DNA of 64,000 nucleotides from a virus (Duplodnaviria; Heunggongvirae; Uroviricota; Caudoviricetes): IMG/VR virus record IMGVR_UViG_3300037067_007156, positions 77,519 to 141,518 of that record; one strand, 5' to 3'. Shown piece by piece: positions 10,605 to 20,066 of this stretch (position 1 is its first letter; each line of letters starts with the position of its first letter). The notes under the pieces were generated by a model. It saw only the letters and a program-made list of their open reading frames with translations, ran no database searches and was not told where the DNA came from. The position numbers and the translations under genes were made by a program.

Positions 10605-10955
10605 ATGAATATTAGTATATTTTTAAAATCCCCACTGGCAACTACCAATTATAGTCAATTTCAAAAAATTGATGAGATTACCTTAAAGAAAAATGGTATC
10701 AAATATTCTGACCAGTTAAAAAAAGAACAGAAAATACTAAAATCTTTAATCAATATTAAATTTCCTACAACTATCAACGAAAATTTGTTTGCTTTGAAAA
10801 AAGTGACTGAACAATTATGTTCTAATACTGAAGATGAATACAAATTTGTAGATATTAAGTCAGCTGAATATCAAAAATTAATAATTAAAGAAAAATTTAT
10901 TGTTATCGGTAGTGTAAAAGAAATGAAAGATTTTTTTAATTCGGTCACATTTTAA
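10605..10955 (+). CDS. Hypothetical protein (probably early)
   Basis: 116-aa ORF directly behind a host-type promoter. Confidence 0.6.
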   Translation: MNISIFLKSPLATTNYSQFQKIDEITLKKNGIKYSDQLKKEQKILKSLINIKFPTTINENLFALKKVTEQLCSNTEDEYKFVDIKSAEYQKLIIKEKFIVIGSVKEMKDFFNSVTF

Positions 10956-10972
10956 ATTTTTTAATCACCTTT

Positions 10973-11272
10973 TCAATAAGCATTAATATTTTTCTTTTTG
11001 ATATAAAATACTCTATATTGAGCTTCTGTTTTGTTATTAGTGAAATATATTATATAATCCGCTTGTTTTTTGTCTGAAATGAAATACCAGTTACCCAAAC
11101 CAACAAATTCAGATGAATCTTTTACTATATATACTGAATATGTAGTATCACTTTTAAATAAACTTTCATATATACAAAATTGTGCGCTATCTTTACACTC
11201 AGTCCTATATATTTTTTGAGAATAAGATATTAAACTTAAAAATAAAAATATAATTATTAATAAATTTTTCAA
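10973..11272 (-). CDS. Putative secreted protein
   Basis: Signal peptide MKNLLIIIFLFLSLISYSQ (TTG start). Confidence 0.6.
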   Translation of the reverse strand: MKNLLIIIFLFLSLISYSQKIYRTECKDSAQFCIYESLFKSDTTYSVYIVKDSSEFVGLGNWYFISDKKQADYIIYFTNNKTEAQYRVFYIKKKNINAY

Positions 11273-11274
11273 AA

Positions 11275-12615
11275 TTAACTTTTTATTTTTTTAATATGTC
11301 TTAATATAGTCGTTTTAAGATAAATAAAATTATTATCTTCTGATATTACATCTTCTAATTTATATTTAAAATCAAATTCATATAAACTATAACCTTCTGG
11401 TAATTCTACATCAACAGGATATGATTTTTTATGCAGCCACATATATTCATAATCATGTCCAATTACTAAAGTTTCAATTTTTTTATTTCTATCATCAACG
11501 GGTAATATATCATCCTGAAGAACTTTCATTCCAAATTTTGGATGAATTCCTTCTATAAAACCTCTTATATAATAACAATAACCATGATGAATTTTTAGTA
11601 TAGAATAATCCAACACAGATTGAATATATTCATCATCTTTCTTAATAGTAGAATCAGTTTGAACATATAACTTATCACGTAAGCCATTTTCATCAATCAA
11701 GTTTATTAATTCTTTAAATATTTCAGGAAATGATATTTTACCTTTTCCAACAACAAATCCACCGTCAGTATTAAACCAACCACTATCTTTAAGATACTCA
11801 AGTCGTTTTTTATTTATTATAATCTTATTAATATATTTTTTTATATTTTTTATTTCATTGGTTTGTATCTGTTCTTCTTTTTCATCAAAGTAAATATTTG
11901 TCTGACTTTTATATGAAAACGGTTTCATTTTATAATTATTGGACAATACTGCACTATCAAATTCTAATTTAAAAACTGAAGTTGAAGAATCACCTATGTA
12001 TCCACCCATCATTTTATCTCTGGTTGTTGATATATTTTGAAAATATTTGGATGAAATTTTATTATTTCGTAATATGTAAAAAAGTTTTTCGATATCAACA
12101 ATATGATAAAGATTACCTATATTTTTATATTCATTTATATTATCAGATTTTAAACTATATGAACCAGTATTATTAATTGATTTTATTTGATTTGATTCAA
12201 AAACAATATAATTATCACCTGATATAATACCATCAAAGTTTTCATTTTTTAATTTTTCTATAAACAATTCACAATCCTCAATAGTTTTATAATTCTGAAA
12301 TAATTGATATTCATAAGATGGCATTAAATATGGATTATCCATTTTTAAAAAGACGGACATAACTATACTTTTTTTTGATTGATTTGAATATAAATCAGCC
12401 ATTTTTCGGTTAGATGTGAAAAAATATCCGAAAACATTATTAGAATATGTATTTACATTTTTTAATTTAAAAGTATTAAAAGATTTTTCAGTCCCATGAT
12501 AAACAATTAATGGGTTGCCAGAATTATCAATAACTTTAGAATTCCCAAACCAAATCCAAAAATTTTCATTAAAATTATTTCTTTCATTCATGAAAGAATA
12601 AAAATTTTTAAGCAT
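11275..12615 (-). CDS. Two-domain ADP-ribosyltransferase-like protein with CTS-like leader
   Basis: Domain 1 IVYHGT...GYFFTS...YIVFESNQIKS (ART-PolyVal-like). Domain 2 LYH...ISTTR...EKEEQI. Leader MLKNFYSFMNE; linker NINE. Confidence 0.7.
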   Translation of the reverse strand: MLKNFYSFMNERNNFNENFWIWFGNSKVIDNSGNPLIVYHGTEKSFNTFKLKNVNTYSNNVFGYFFTSNRKMADLYSNQSKKSIVMSVFLKMDNPYLMPSYEYQLFQNYKTIEDCELFIEKLKNENFDGIISGDNYIVFESNQIKSINNTGSYSLKSDNINEYKNIGNLYHIVDIEKLFYILRNNKISSKYFQNISTTRDKMMGGYIGDSSTSVFKLEFDSAVLSNNYKMKPFSYKSQTNIYFDEKEEQIQTNEIKNIKKYINKIIINKKRLEYLKDSGWFNTDGGFVVGKGKISFPEIFKELINLIDENGLRDKLYVQTDSTIKKDDEYIQSVLDYSILKIHHGYCYYIRGFIEGIHPKFGMKVLQDDILPVDDRNKKIETLVIGHDYEYMWLHKKSYPVDVELPEGYSLYEFDFKYKLEDVISEDNNFIYLKTTILRHIKKIKS

Positions 12616-13120
12616 TACAATAACGTTTTATTTTATCTAAATCGTGTTTTAACAAACCAACCAAACCAAAATGTTTTGGTTTTATTGAAATTAATTCATC
12701 AAATGTGACCCATTTATAACTTTCAGTTTCCCAATTTAATTCTGGTTCAAATTCTTCATCCAATAAACCGATGAAATTAAAATATTTAAATGATTTTGAA
12801 GGCGTTTCAAATATATATGCAGGTATCAATTTAATATTACCATCATACCCAGATTCTTCTGTAAATTCTCTTTTAACAACATCCATGATATCATCTTCGG
12901 TCTGTCCGTATTCTTCATCTATCTTACCTCCCCATAAATTATAAGTATGAGGTTCATTCACATCAGCAGAACGATAAGCCAATAATATTCTTTTAGTTTC
13001 TGTACAAATTGGTAATACTCCCCCACCGACATTGCCCCAAAAATTTTCACCAGCATCATTTGTAAACGAAGCAAACGCACCAGAACCTATATTTTCAAGA
13101 AATTGTTTATAATTTTTCAT
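12608..13120 (-). CDS. Nudix hydrolase with CTS-like leader
   Basis: Nudix-box variant GGKID..(insert)..VVKREFTEESGY; leader MKNYKQFLE. Confidence 0.85.
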   Translation of the reverse strand: MKNYKQFLENIGSGAFASFTNDAGENFWGNVGGGVLPICTETKRILLAYRSADVNEPHTYNLWGGKIDEEYGQTEDDIMDVVKREFTEESGYDGNIKLIPAYIFETPSKSFKYFNFIGLLDEEFEPELNWETESYKWVTFDELISIKPKHFGLVGLLKHDLDKIKRYCNA

Positions 13121-13122
13121 GT

Positions 13123-13638
13123 TTAATTCAATAAATTTTTATTAATATTTTCATCATAGAACACTTCTTCTATTAATCCATCAAATTCATAATGTAAATC
13201 ATATTCTGAAGGTTCAAAAATTTCACTGTTATCACTTATAAAATTATAATCTGCACTTTCTGTTTCTTTAACTTTAACGATATACCCATGATACACCTTA
13301 TATCTAAAATAAATATCACCCATGTAAAGAACACCATATTCATCAGTATCATCTATATTTTTTAATAAAAAACATATTTCTTTTGTTGAATCAAAATATT
13401 TTTTATTTATGATATTTTTAACATCAAACGTAGAAGCTTTCGAAGGTTCAGTTTCTACATCATCATTTTTTAACAATTTCTGAACTTCAGGTGATTTAAC
13501 ATCATCTATATTTTTTAACTGTTTTCTTTCTTCTGGTGATAAAGAATCGATACCAGATTTAGAAATTTTATCTAATAAATCATCAAGTACTTTTGTTTGA
13601 TAACTTGAATATTCCTCGAACAACATTAAAAATTTCAT
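13123..13638 (-). CDS. Hypothetical protein with CTS-like leader
   Basis: MKFLMLFEEY...; LDDLLDKISKSGIDSLS.EE..L helical motif. Confidence 0.65.
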   Translation of the reverse strand: MKFLMLFEEYSSYQTKVLDDLLDKISKSGIDSLSPEERKQLKNIDDVKSPEVQKLLKNDDVETEPSKASTFDVKNIINKKYFDSTKEICFLLKNIDDTDEYGVLYMGDIYFRYKVYHGYIVKVKETESADYNFISDNSEIFEPSEYDLHYEFDGLIEEVFYDENINKNLLN

Positions 13639-13733
13639 AATAACTAATTTCTTTTTACAACTATATATTAAATCATATTTATAAATATTGAACTTTCAAA
13701 TTTAAATATATACATAAAAATAGACAAATTATT

Positions 13734-14360
13734 ATGAGTGGTGATGATTCAATAAATCAAGAAAAAGATAGAATTAGAGATAGTATAGAAATATTAGAAC
13801 AAGAAATAACTGAAATAAACATTGACCCAGATAATTTCTTTCCAGATGAAGTACCCGGTCTTAACTTAAATATCACCCAATTTGATTATAAAGGTGAAAT
13901 AGAGAAAATCAGAGAAGAATGTCAAGAGACATTAAATTGTTTATCAAGTTTATATTTAACAGATGAAATTGTAAGCAGAAAAAATGTTAATAATATAATT
14001 CAAAATGATGCACAGTCACTATGTGATTTGAAGTTTTCAATGTCGATGTCTAAAAGAGCTTTAATTAATTTAATGGAACAAATTGACAGTGGAGTTAATC
14101 ATCCAGAGATGTATGAAGCAGTTGGAACATTTCAAAAAGAAATTCGTGATAGTATTAAAATGTTATACGATATACAAAAAAGAATGAAAGAATTCTACAA
14201 AGAATTAAAAGATGAACTTTCTAATATCAATACAGGTGAAGAAACTACACATGAAATAGAACAAACTGAAAAGGTGAAAATATTTGACCTTAGACTTATT
14301 AATAAAGAACTGGATGATTATAAGGATTCAGCTAATGATAAAAAAAGAAAAAATAGTTAA
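13734..14360 (+). CDS. Putative terminase small subunit (T4 gp16-like)
   Basis: Helical; NHPEMYEAVGTFQKEI resembles the gp16-family HPRxYEV motif (recalled, not searched). Confidence 0.45.
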   Translation: MSGDDSINQEKDRIRDSIEILEQEITEINIDPDNFFPDEVPGLNLNITQFDYKGEIEKIREECQETLNCLSSLYLTDEIVSRKNVNNIIQNDAQSLCDLKFSMSMSKRALINLMEQIDSGVNHPEMYEAVGTFQKEIRDSIKMLYDIQKRMKEFYKELKDELSNINTGEETTHEIEQTEKVKIFDLRLINKELDDYKDSANDKKRKNS

Positions 14361-14394
14361 TCTTTTAAGAAAACATTTTTCAGAAAAAGTCATG

Positions 14395-14988
14395 TTACTT
14401 GGATAACAATTTTATTAAATCGTTCTTAATAATAGCTTTCATAATAGGTGTTAAATTTGATATCACAACATACTCTTTAGAACCATCAACTGAAATGTTT
14501 TCATTTAAGTGTTTTTTAATTGATTCTAATGATTTATAATGTGTGATGACACCTTCCACCAATTCTTTTAAGTTAAAGCCTTCTTTAGGGTTATATTTAA
14601 CAATTTGCAGAGTTGTATCATTTCTTTCCATCAAGAAATACCACAACTTTTTATTATCTACTTTAGCAGTTTCTAAAAATAAAAAAGCGTCATGAGCTTT
14701 TATAACCTTTTCGAAAATTGCAATTTTATTAATGAATTTTATATTATTAAATAAATTATCCAATGTATTATCCATATTTTCTTTTTTTATAGTGGGTTCT
14801 TTTATTGTAGCTTTGTTAATTATAGGAATTTCAATATTAAACGCACCTTTTCTTTTAACCATAGGTTCTTTAACCTTTGGTTCTTTTTCTTTTGGTTCAA
14901 GTACTTTAGGTTCTTTAACAACAGGCTCACTTATATTATGACTTTCTGTTGTTCTTTTAAAATCGTTAAAACTCTTAATTATAGCCAA
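14395..14988 (-). CDS. Hypothetical protein with CTS-like leader and KEP repeats
   Basis: MAIIKSFNDF; KEPKVLEPKEKEPKVKEP low-complexity tract. Confidence 0.65.
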   Translation of the reverse strand: MAIIKSFNDFKRTTESHNISEPVVKEPKVLEPKEKEPKVKEPMVKRKGAFNIEIPIINKATIKEPTIKKENMDNTLDNLFNNIKFINKIAIFEKVIKAHDAFLFLETAKVDNKKLWYFLMERNDTTLQIVKYNPKEGFNLKELVEGVITHYKSLESIKKHLNENISVDGSKEYVVISNLTPIMKAIIKNDLIKLLSK

Positions 14989-15040
14989 AATAATAATTTA
15001 TTTTTATTTATATATTTTAATTTAAAAGTCATTTTTAATA

Positions 15041-15075
15041 AAAAATCAACGAAAATAGGCTTTTCGTTGATTTTT
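15041..15075. terminator. Intrinsic terminator hairpin
   Basis: AAAAATCAACGAAAA-TAGGC-TTTTCGTTGATTTTT perfect inverted repeat downstream of ORF 15108-15617. Confidence 0.75.
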
Positions 15076-15107
15076 ATTCAAATATTTCAATAATTTAATC
15101 TTTCTTC

Positions 15108-15617
15108 TTAAATTTCCTGTATTCCACCAGTTTCTTGCGCAGGAATTTCCTGTACAGTTTTTTGTGTTTGAGTAGCACCAGTTTGAGCAGTCTGTTGAGC
15201 GGCTGGGGGTGTTTGAACTACGGGTTGGGCTTGTGTTTGTGTTTGTGGTTGTGCTTGTGCTTGTGCTTGTGTTTGTGGTGTTTGACCTGATTGTTGGACT
15301 TGTCCACCCATATCGTCAGTAACTTCAACATTACCAGTACCATCACCAAGAACTATGCTACTTGGTAAGTTATCAATAATCATATTATTTTCAACACAAT
15401 ATTTTAGCAGTCTGTATGCTACATCATTATCAGAAAAAATTTCCCTCAAATTACGACCACTTTCATCTTTTACTTTTTTAATAAAAGCATTTACTAATGA
15501 TACTGGTATTTCTACGTCACTCACTACATATGCATTACCAATTTTAACAACACCTTCGTTCAGTTTAGAACCATGTTTTTTATCTTTAAAACTATTAAAT
15601 CCGGTTAAATTTTCCAT
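15108..15617 (-). CDS. Putative internal head/core protein with Q/A/T-rich tail
   Basis: Leader MENLTGFNSF...KLNE; QAQAQAQPQTQTQ tract. Confidence 0.6.
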   Translation of the reverse strand: MENLTGFNSFKDKKHGSKLNEGVVKIGNAYVVSDVEIPVSLVNAFIKKVKDESGRNLREIFSDNDVAYRLLKYCVENNMIIDNLPSSIVLGDGTGNVEVTDDMGGQVQQSGQTPQTQAQAQAQPQTQTQAQPVVQTPPAAQQTAQTGATQTQKTVQEIPAQETGGIQEI

Positions 15618-15658
15618 ATTAATTTTTTATATTTTTCTTTATATATTAATTTTAAAAA

Positions 15659-16474
15659 TCATTTTTTAAATATTTTAATATTATTATAATTCTTATTTTT
15701 ATCATATTCATTTTTTGGTATTCTAAACCACGAAAAACCTTTATATTTTTCAATTTTACCTCTCACACACAATTTAATATTACTACTGGTAAAACCATCT
15801 TTCAGTGCGTCAGATATATGTAAATATGTTTTAGATAAACTATCATCATTAAAGATAAAATAAACAAACAATCTATCAGTTGTATATCCGCTTGTAATAT
15901 TATCATACCAACCGTTTCGCATCGCTGACATCACCACATTTGGATGTTTTTTTCTAAAATCCATTTTATCTTTACATTTTAAAGCAATTTTTTCACATTT
16001 CTCATGTGACCATTTATATGTATTACCACCTAAACCACCAGTTTTTGTTTTGTTTAAAATAACAAAAAATTTAGATAGAAAATTCACGTATTCAGATTCT
16101 TCATTTATAGCGTTATCAACAGGGATGTAATTAGTCAATCTTAAAAATTTTGGTGTTAAATTAGTTTTTAATATATGGGTTTTAATCGCAGAATACTTTT
16201 TACTATTTAAATGGTCATTAATTCTTTTTTCATAATTATAAGTTAAACCAACATAAACATGGTTATCTGGAAATATTGCACAATATATCATTCGTTTTTT
16301 AGAATTTCCGATAGGTTTCATATGAGAACATATTTCATTCATCCACCCATTTTCACAAGCGACATTATATGCACCGCTATATTTTTTGCTTAATTCAGTT
16401 CTACCATTACACTTTAATGCAGCTTTTTGACAATTTTCTTTAATTTTCCAAAAACCATATGGGAAATATCTCAT
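15659..16474 (-). CDS. GIY-YIG family homing endonuclease
   Basis: MIYCAIF..NHVYVGLT...RINDH...E; flanking W..E.C...A..C..R repeats. Confidence 0.75.
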   Translation of the reverse strand: MRYFPYGFWKIKENCQKAALKCNGRTELSKKYSGAYNVACENGWMNEICSHMKPIGNSKKRMIYCAIFPDNHVYVGLTYNYEKRINDHLNSKKYSAIKTHILKTNLTPKFLRLTNYIPVDNAINEESEYVNFLSKFFVILNKTKTGGLGGNTYKWSHEKCEKIALKCKDKMDFRKKHPNVVMSAMRNGWYDNITSGYTTDRLFVYFIFNDDSLSKTYLHISDALKDGFTSSNIKLCVRGKIEKYKGFSWFRIPKNEYDKNKNYNNIKIFKK

Positions 16475-16527
16475 GAATTATTTATATAATTTTTGATTAT
16501 ATATTAATATAATACCGTTCCACCTGT

Positions 16528-17166
16528 TTATTTTTCTAACAAAACATCATGTTTGACAATATATTTCAATTTATTCAAATAATATTTATCTTTAGCGTAA
16601 CCTATTCTTTTTAAAAATTTATAATAGTCCTCATCATATTTGTAATATCTTTCTTGCCATATTTTATAATCTTCAATACTTTCAATATAATTATTATAGA
16701 CAGCGTGGTTTTTATAAATACCAATTCCTTTCCGACCTTTTTTATTGTTGGGTAATTTCATTCCAAACAAATTATGATTATATATACAAACATCTGAAGT
16801 TAAATAATTTGTTTCTAACAATATTTGTCCTTTTACAATTTCTGGGTGTTTTATTTGATAAAATTCGACCCAGTAACAAACATTTTCCCAATTAAACTTA
16901 TAAAGATTTCTGTTAAATTCTAATTGATTATATAAATAAATAGTTAAAGAATCTTTTAAATGATTAAGATATATAATGGAATCGGTTGAATTTTGTATTA
17001 TACTTTGATAATTTTGAAGAACTTGGATGTTCTCATTAATTATATTTTTATTTTTATTATATTCTATTTTAATATTAAAATAACTATAACATAAGAATAT
17101 TGTTAAAGATAATAAAACGATTATTATAGAATAATAAAAAATAAATAATTTTTTTTCTACTTTCAT
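16528..17166 (-). CDS. Membrane-anchored glucosaminidase (GH73-like) lysin
   Basis: N-terminal TM; QILLET...HNLFGMK...YAKDKYY motifs. Confidence 0.75.
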   Translation of the reverse strand: MKVEKKLFIFYYSIIIVLLSLTIFLCYSYFNIKIEYNKNKNIINENIQVLQNYQSIIQNSTDSIIYLNHLKDSLTIYLYNQLEFNRNLYKFNWENVCYWVEFYQIKHPEIVKGQILLETNYLTSDVCIYNHNLFGMKLPNNKKGRKGIGIYKNHAVYNNYIESIEDYKIWQERYYKYDEDYYKFLKRIGYAKDKYYLNKLKYIVKHDVLLEK

Positions 17167-17235
17167 GCTTCTTTTTAAGCATATATATAAAAATGGAAAT
17201 TTTTATCAAACAACAAAAAATTTTCATTTTTTATA

Positions 17236-18060
17236 TTAAAATCCAAATAATGTATATTGTCCACCAAAACCGAAATATATAGAAGGTTTTATGTTACCAC
17301 TATAATAAACAGCACCTACACCAAGTTGTGGCCCGAATGTCCATTTATGTTGTGGTAATAATTTTTTTATAATATCCGATTTTTGGGGGTCAATCAACGA
17401 ACCTTCTATATTTGTGAATTTTAAATCTGGGTAGTTTGATTTTACAAATATCCTTAATTTATTTTCTTCCTCCTTTAGTCCCGTAACAATATTAAAAGTT
17501 AAACCAAAATCAGTTAACTCTGAGCCTTTTGATATAATTCCGTTCATATTAGTATCAATAGTAAAAGCTGTATATCCTTTTATTACCCTATAATTACATG
17601 AATCGTATGCTTTTGAAAAATCCCAATATAAATAGGATATATTAGTACCATCAATAATAATGTTAGCCAATGAATCTTTTAATGTTTTATTTTCTGCTCT
17701 CAAGGATGCATTATCTGTTTTCAGTTGAGCTAACATATTTGAAATATAAATAACACGACCTTTTTGTTTTTCCAGTTCAGTTGCTAATTCCTTACTAAAA
17801 TCTTCCAATGTTTTTTTAGAAGTAATTAAAATAATTTTTTCTTGTTGTAATTCACCAACTTTATTTTTAACAGTTGTAACAGTATCGGTTAATGCAGCTA
17901 TATTATGTTCACTGATTGTTGCATTAGTTCTCAATTTTTTATTTGAACTACATTGTGCTAAAAGGATAATGAAAAGTATTATTATAGTTAAATAATAAAT
18001 TATTTTTTCATTTTTCGGATTTTTAAAGAATTTCACGATTTTTTTCAAAAATTCTAACAT
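17236..18060 (-). CDS. Putative spanin-like membrane protein
   Basis: N-terminal TM (...LLAQC), long coiled coil, C-terminal FGPQLGVG...YFGFGGQY beta strands; adjacent to the lysin. Confidence 0.5.
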   Translation of the reverse strand: MLEFLKKIVKFFKNPKNEKIIYYLTIIILFIILLAQCSSNKKLRTNATISEHNIAALTDTVTTVKNKVGELQQEKIILITSKKTLEDFSKELATELEKQKGRVIYISNMLAQLKTDNASLRAENKTLKDSLANIIIDGTNISYLYWDFSKAYDSCNYRVIKGYTAFTIDTNMNGIISKGSELTDFGLTFNIVTGLKEEENKLRIFVKSNYPDLKFTNIEGSLIDPQKSDIIKKLLPQHKWTFGPQLGVGAVYYSGNIKPSIYFGFGGQYTLFGF

Positions 18061-18078
18061 TTTATTAATTATTATTTT

Positions 18079-19869
18079 TTATTTTATTCTTTTTTTAATA
18101 TTTAAAGGTTTACCCAGATTCCTAACAAATTTTTGTTTTTGATATGGTTCGAATGATTTATTTAAAATAGTAGGTATAATTCCACCACTTCCCTGATATA
18201 CACCTTTATAAAATGTACCGTTATACCACTCCCCATAAAAATATCCATTATGGAACGACCCGTTATACCATACAGAATATTCATAAAAACGACCGTTGTT
18301 AAAATTACCATTATACCAATAAACTATTGTCAAACCACCACTGGTATTATCTCCTATATAACCATTATTTCCACCAGTAAATACACCATTCCACCAAGTA
18401 CCACTCTGAAACTCAGAATTAGTCATAAGTCCATTATGCCATATGCCACCTTTCCATATACTATCATTAAAATTACCAAAATAAAAATCACCATTATTCC
18501 AGACTGTATCAGATTTTATTATACCATTATAAAAATTACCATTATACCAATCTGATTCTGACATCGTACCGTTATACCAGTTACCAGATGACCAAGTTGA
18601 ATTATCAAATAAACCATTATTCCATACACCATTTGACCATGTTGAACCAGTAAATACACCATTATTAAATACACCATTTATCCAAGTTGCACCCGTTCCA
18701 ACCGTACCATTATTAAACACACCGTTTGTCCATGTACCATAAAAAGTTCCATTATTGAATATTCCCTTAGACCAAAGACTGGTTGGTGAAAATATTCCAT
18801 TGTTAAATATACCATCTGTCCACAGTGATGTATTAAATAAACCTTTATTAAATGTACCCGTAGCCCAAGTTCCCAAAAAATTCACTCCATTAAATGTACC
18901 ATTTTGCCATTCACAAGTAGATGTAAATGTATCGCCATTGAATATACCAGCTTCCCACGTTAAAGAGGCTGGTGTATTACTCGATTCCCAAATACCATTT
19001 GACCATGTTACAGGGTTAAAAACATAAGTAGATATATCAACTGGGTCTAATGTACCATAATTCCAGAGTGATGTAACACTGTAAAACTTAGATTTTTTAT
19101 AATATCCATCATTTATTTTAAAATTATTATTAAAGTCACATAATTCATAATAACCATTATATAATATTGGATAATTAGAAGGTGTACTACTAACATAACC
19201 TGTTATTATACTATTATAAAAATAACCATTATAAATAGTTGGCATATTTATTACTAATGATGATGTTTTCCCAGAAAAAACACTATAACCATATGTATCA
19301 TTATTGTATGTATAGTATGAAGATATATCGCTTTGATTGACAATAGAATTTAAAGATAAAGTTATATCTGTATATTTATCATTTAGAATTAAATCGTTTA
19401 ATTCACCACCCAATACAATTCCTTGAATCCATTTAACACCACCTAAGACGTTTGTTATTGTTGTATTTTTTAACACAACACCATTTAAATCACCACCCGT
19501 TATTACACTGTTTAACATAAGAGTTTTTGAAATAAAAAAATTATCAGTTGTCACACCACTAATAGTAGATGGTAAAGATGAATATAATCGATTAATAACG
19601 ATAGAATTATTATCTACATCTATTTCTTTTACCGAATATCCTTGTAAATACTGTTCACAAGTTATTTCACCATTAGCTGTACCACTTCTTGATATATAAT
19701 ATATATAGTTATCCAAATCAGCATTAGTGTCGCCAGTATTGTAAGATAATATATATACCTTATCACCAACGACAAAATCACTATTTACATTAGTATACAA
19801 CTTAACATAACTATCCTTATTATCGATTTTAGGCAAAATTTTAACAGCATTTGAAATATTAGAAATCAT
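18079..19869 (-). CDS. Putative structural protein with about 250 aa of WxNGxFxNG repeats
   Basis: 10-residue periodic W/F-x-x-G repeats in the C-terminal half; same repeat type as 1296-3002. Confidence 0.6.
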   Translation of the reverse strand: MISNISNAVKILPKIDNKDSYVKLYTNVNSDFVVGDKVYILSYNTGDTNADLDNYIYYISRSGTANGEITCEQYLQGYSVKEIDVDNNSIVINRLYSSLPSTISGVTTDNFFISKTLMLNSVITGGDLNGVVLKNTTITNVLGGVKWIQGIVLGGELNDLILNDKYTDITLSLNSIVNQSDISSYYTYNNDTYGYSVFSGKTSSLVINMPTIYNGYFYNSIITGYVSSTPSNYPILYNGYYELCDFNNNFKINDGYYKKSKFYSVTSLWNYGTLDPVDISTYVFNPVTWSNGIWESSNTPASLTWEAGIFNGDTFTSTCEWQNGTFNGVNFLGTWATGTFNKGLFNTSLWTDGIFNNGIFSPTSLWSKGIFNNGTFYGTWTNGVFNNGTVGTGATWINGVFNNGVFTGSTWSNGVWNNGLFDNSTWSSGNWYNGTMSESDWYNGNFYNGIIKSDTVWNNGDFYFGNFNDSIWKGGIWHNGLMTNSEFQSGTWWNGVFTGGNNGYIGDNTSGGLTIVYWYNGNFNNGRFYEYSVWYNGSFHNGYFYGEWYNGTFYKGVYQGSGGIIPTILNKSFEPYQKQKFVRNLGKPLNIKKRIK

Positions 19870-19975
19870 ATAAACAATCAGGTTGTTTATTCATATATAT
19901 TAAAAACAAGGTTTGATTTTTATTTTTTAAACTTTTATTTTTTAATATATAGTATAAAGTTTTTCAAACTTTTTA

Positions 19976-20066
19976 AATAAAGCAATATATAATTAATAAT
20001 TAGCTTTTAAAGCAAAAAATGCATTTAGGGCAACTTAAAGCATCAAAAAAAAAAAAAATAAGCAAA
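19976..20066 (+). promoter_or_regulatory. A-rich gp32 leader with TAA(A)GCA repeats (candidate autoregulatory operator)
   Basis: Four TAA(A)GCA copies and an A14 run directly before the ATG at 20067. Confidence 0.4.

Noticed and set aside
14860-15290. KEP and QA/QT low-complexity DNA repeats
   Set aside because: Explained by protein linker composition; no spacer-like structure.
20019-20066. Extended gp32 N-terminus MHLGQLKASKKKK
   Set aside because: Translates a poly-A leader; the MSEQ start at 20067 fits better.
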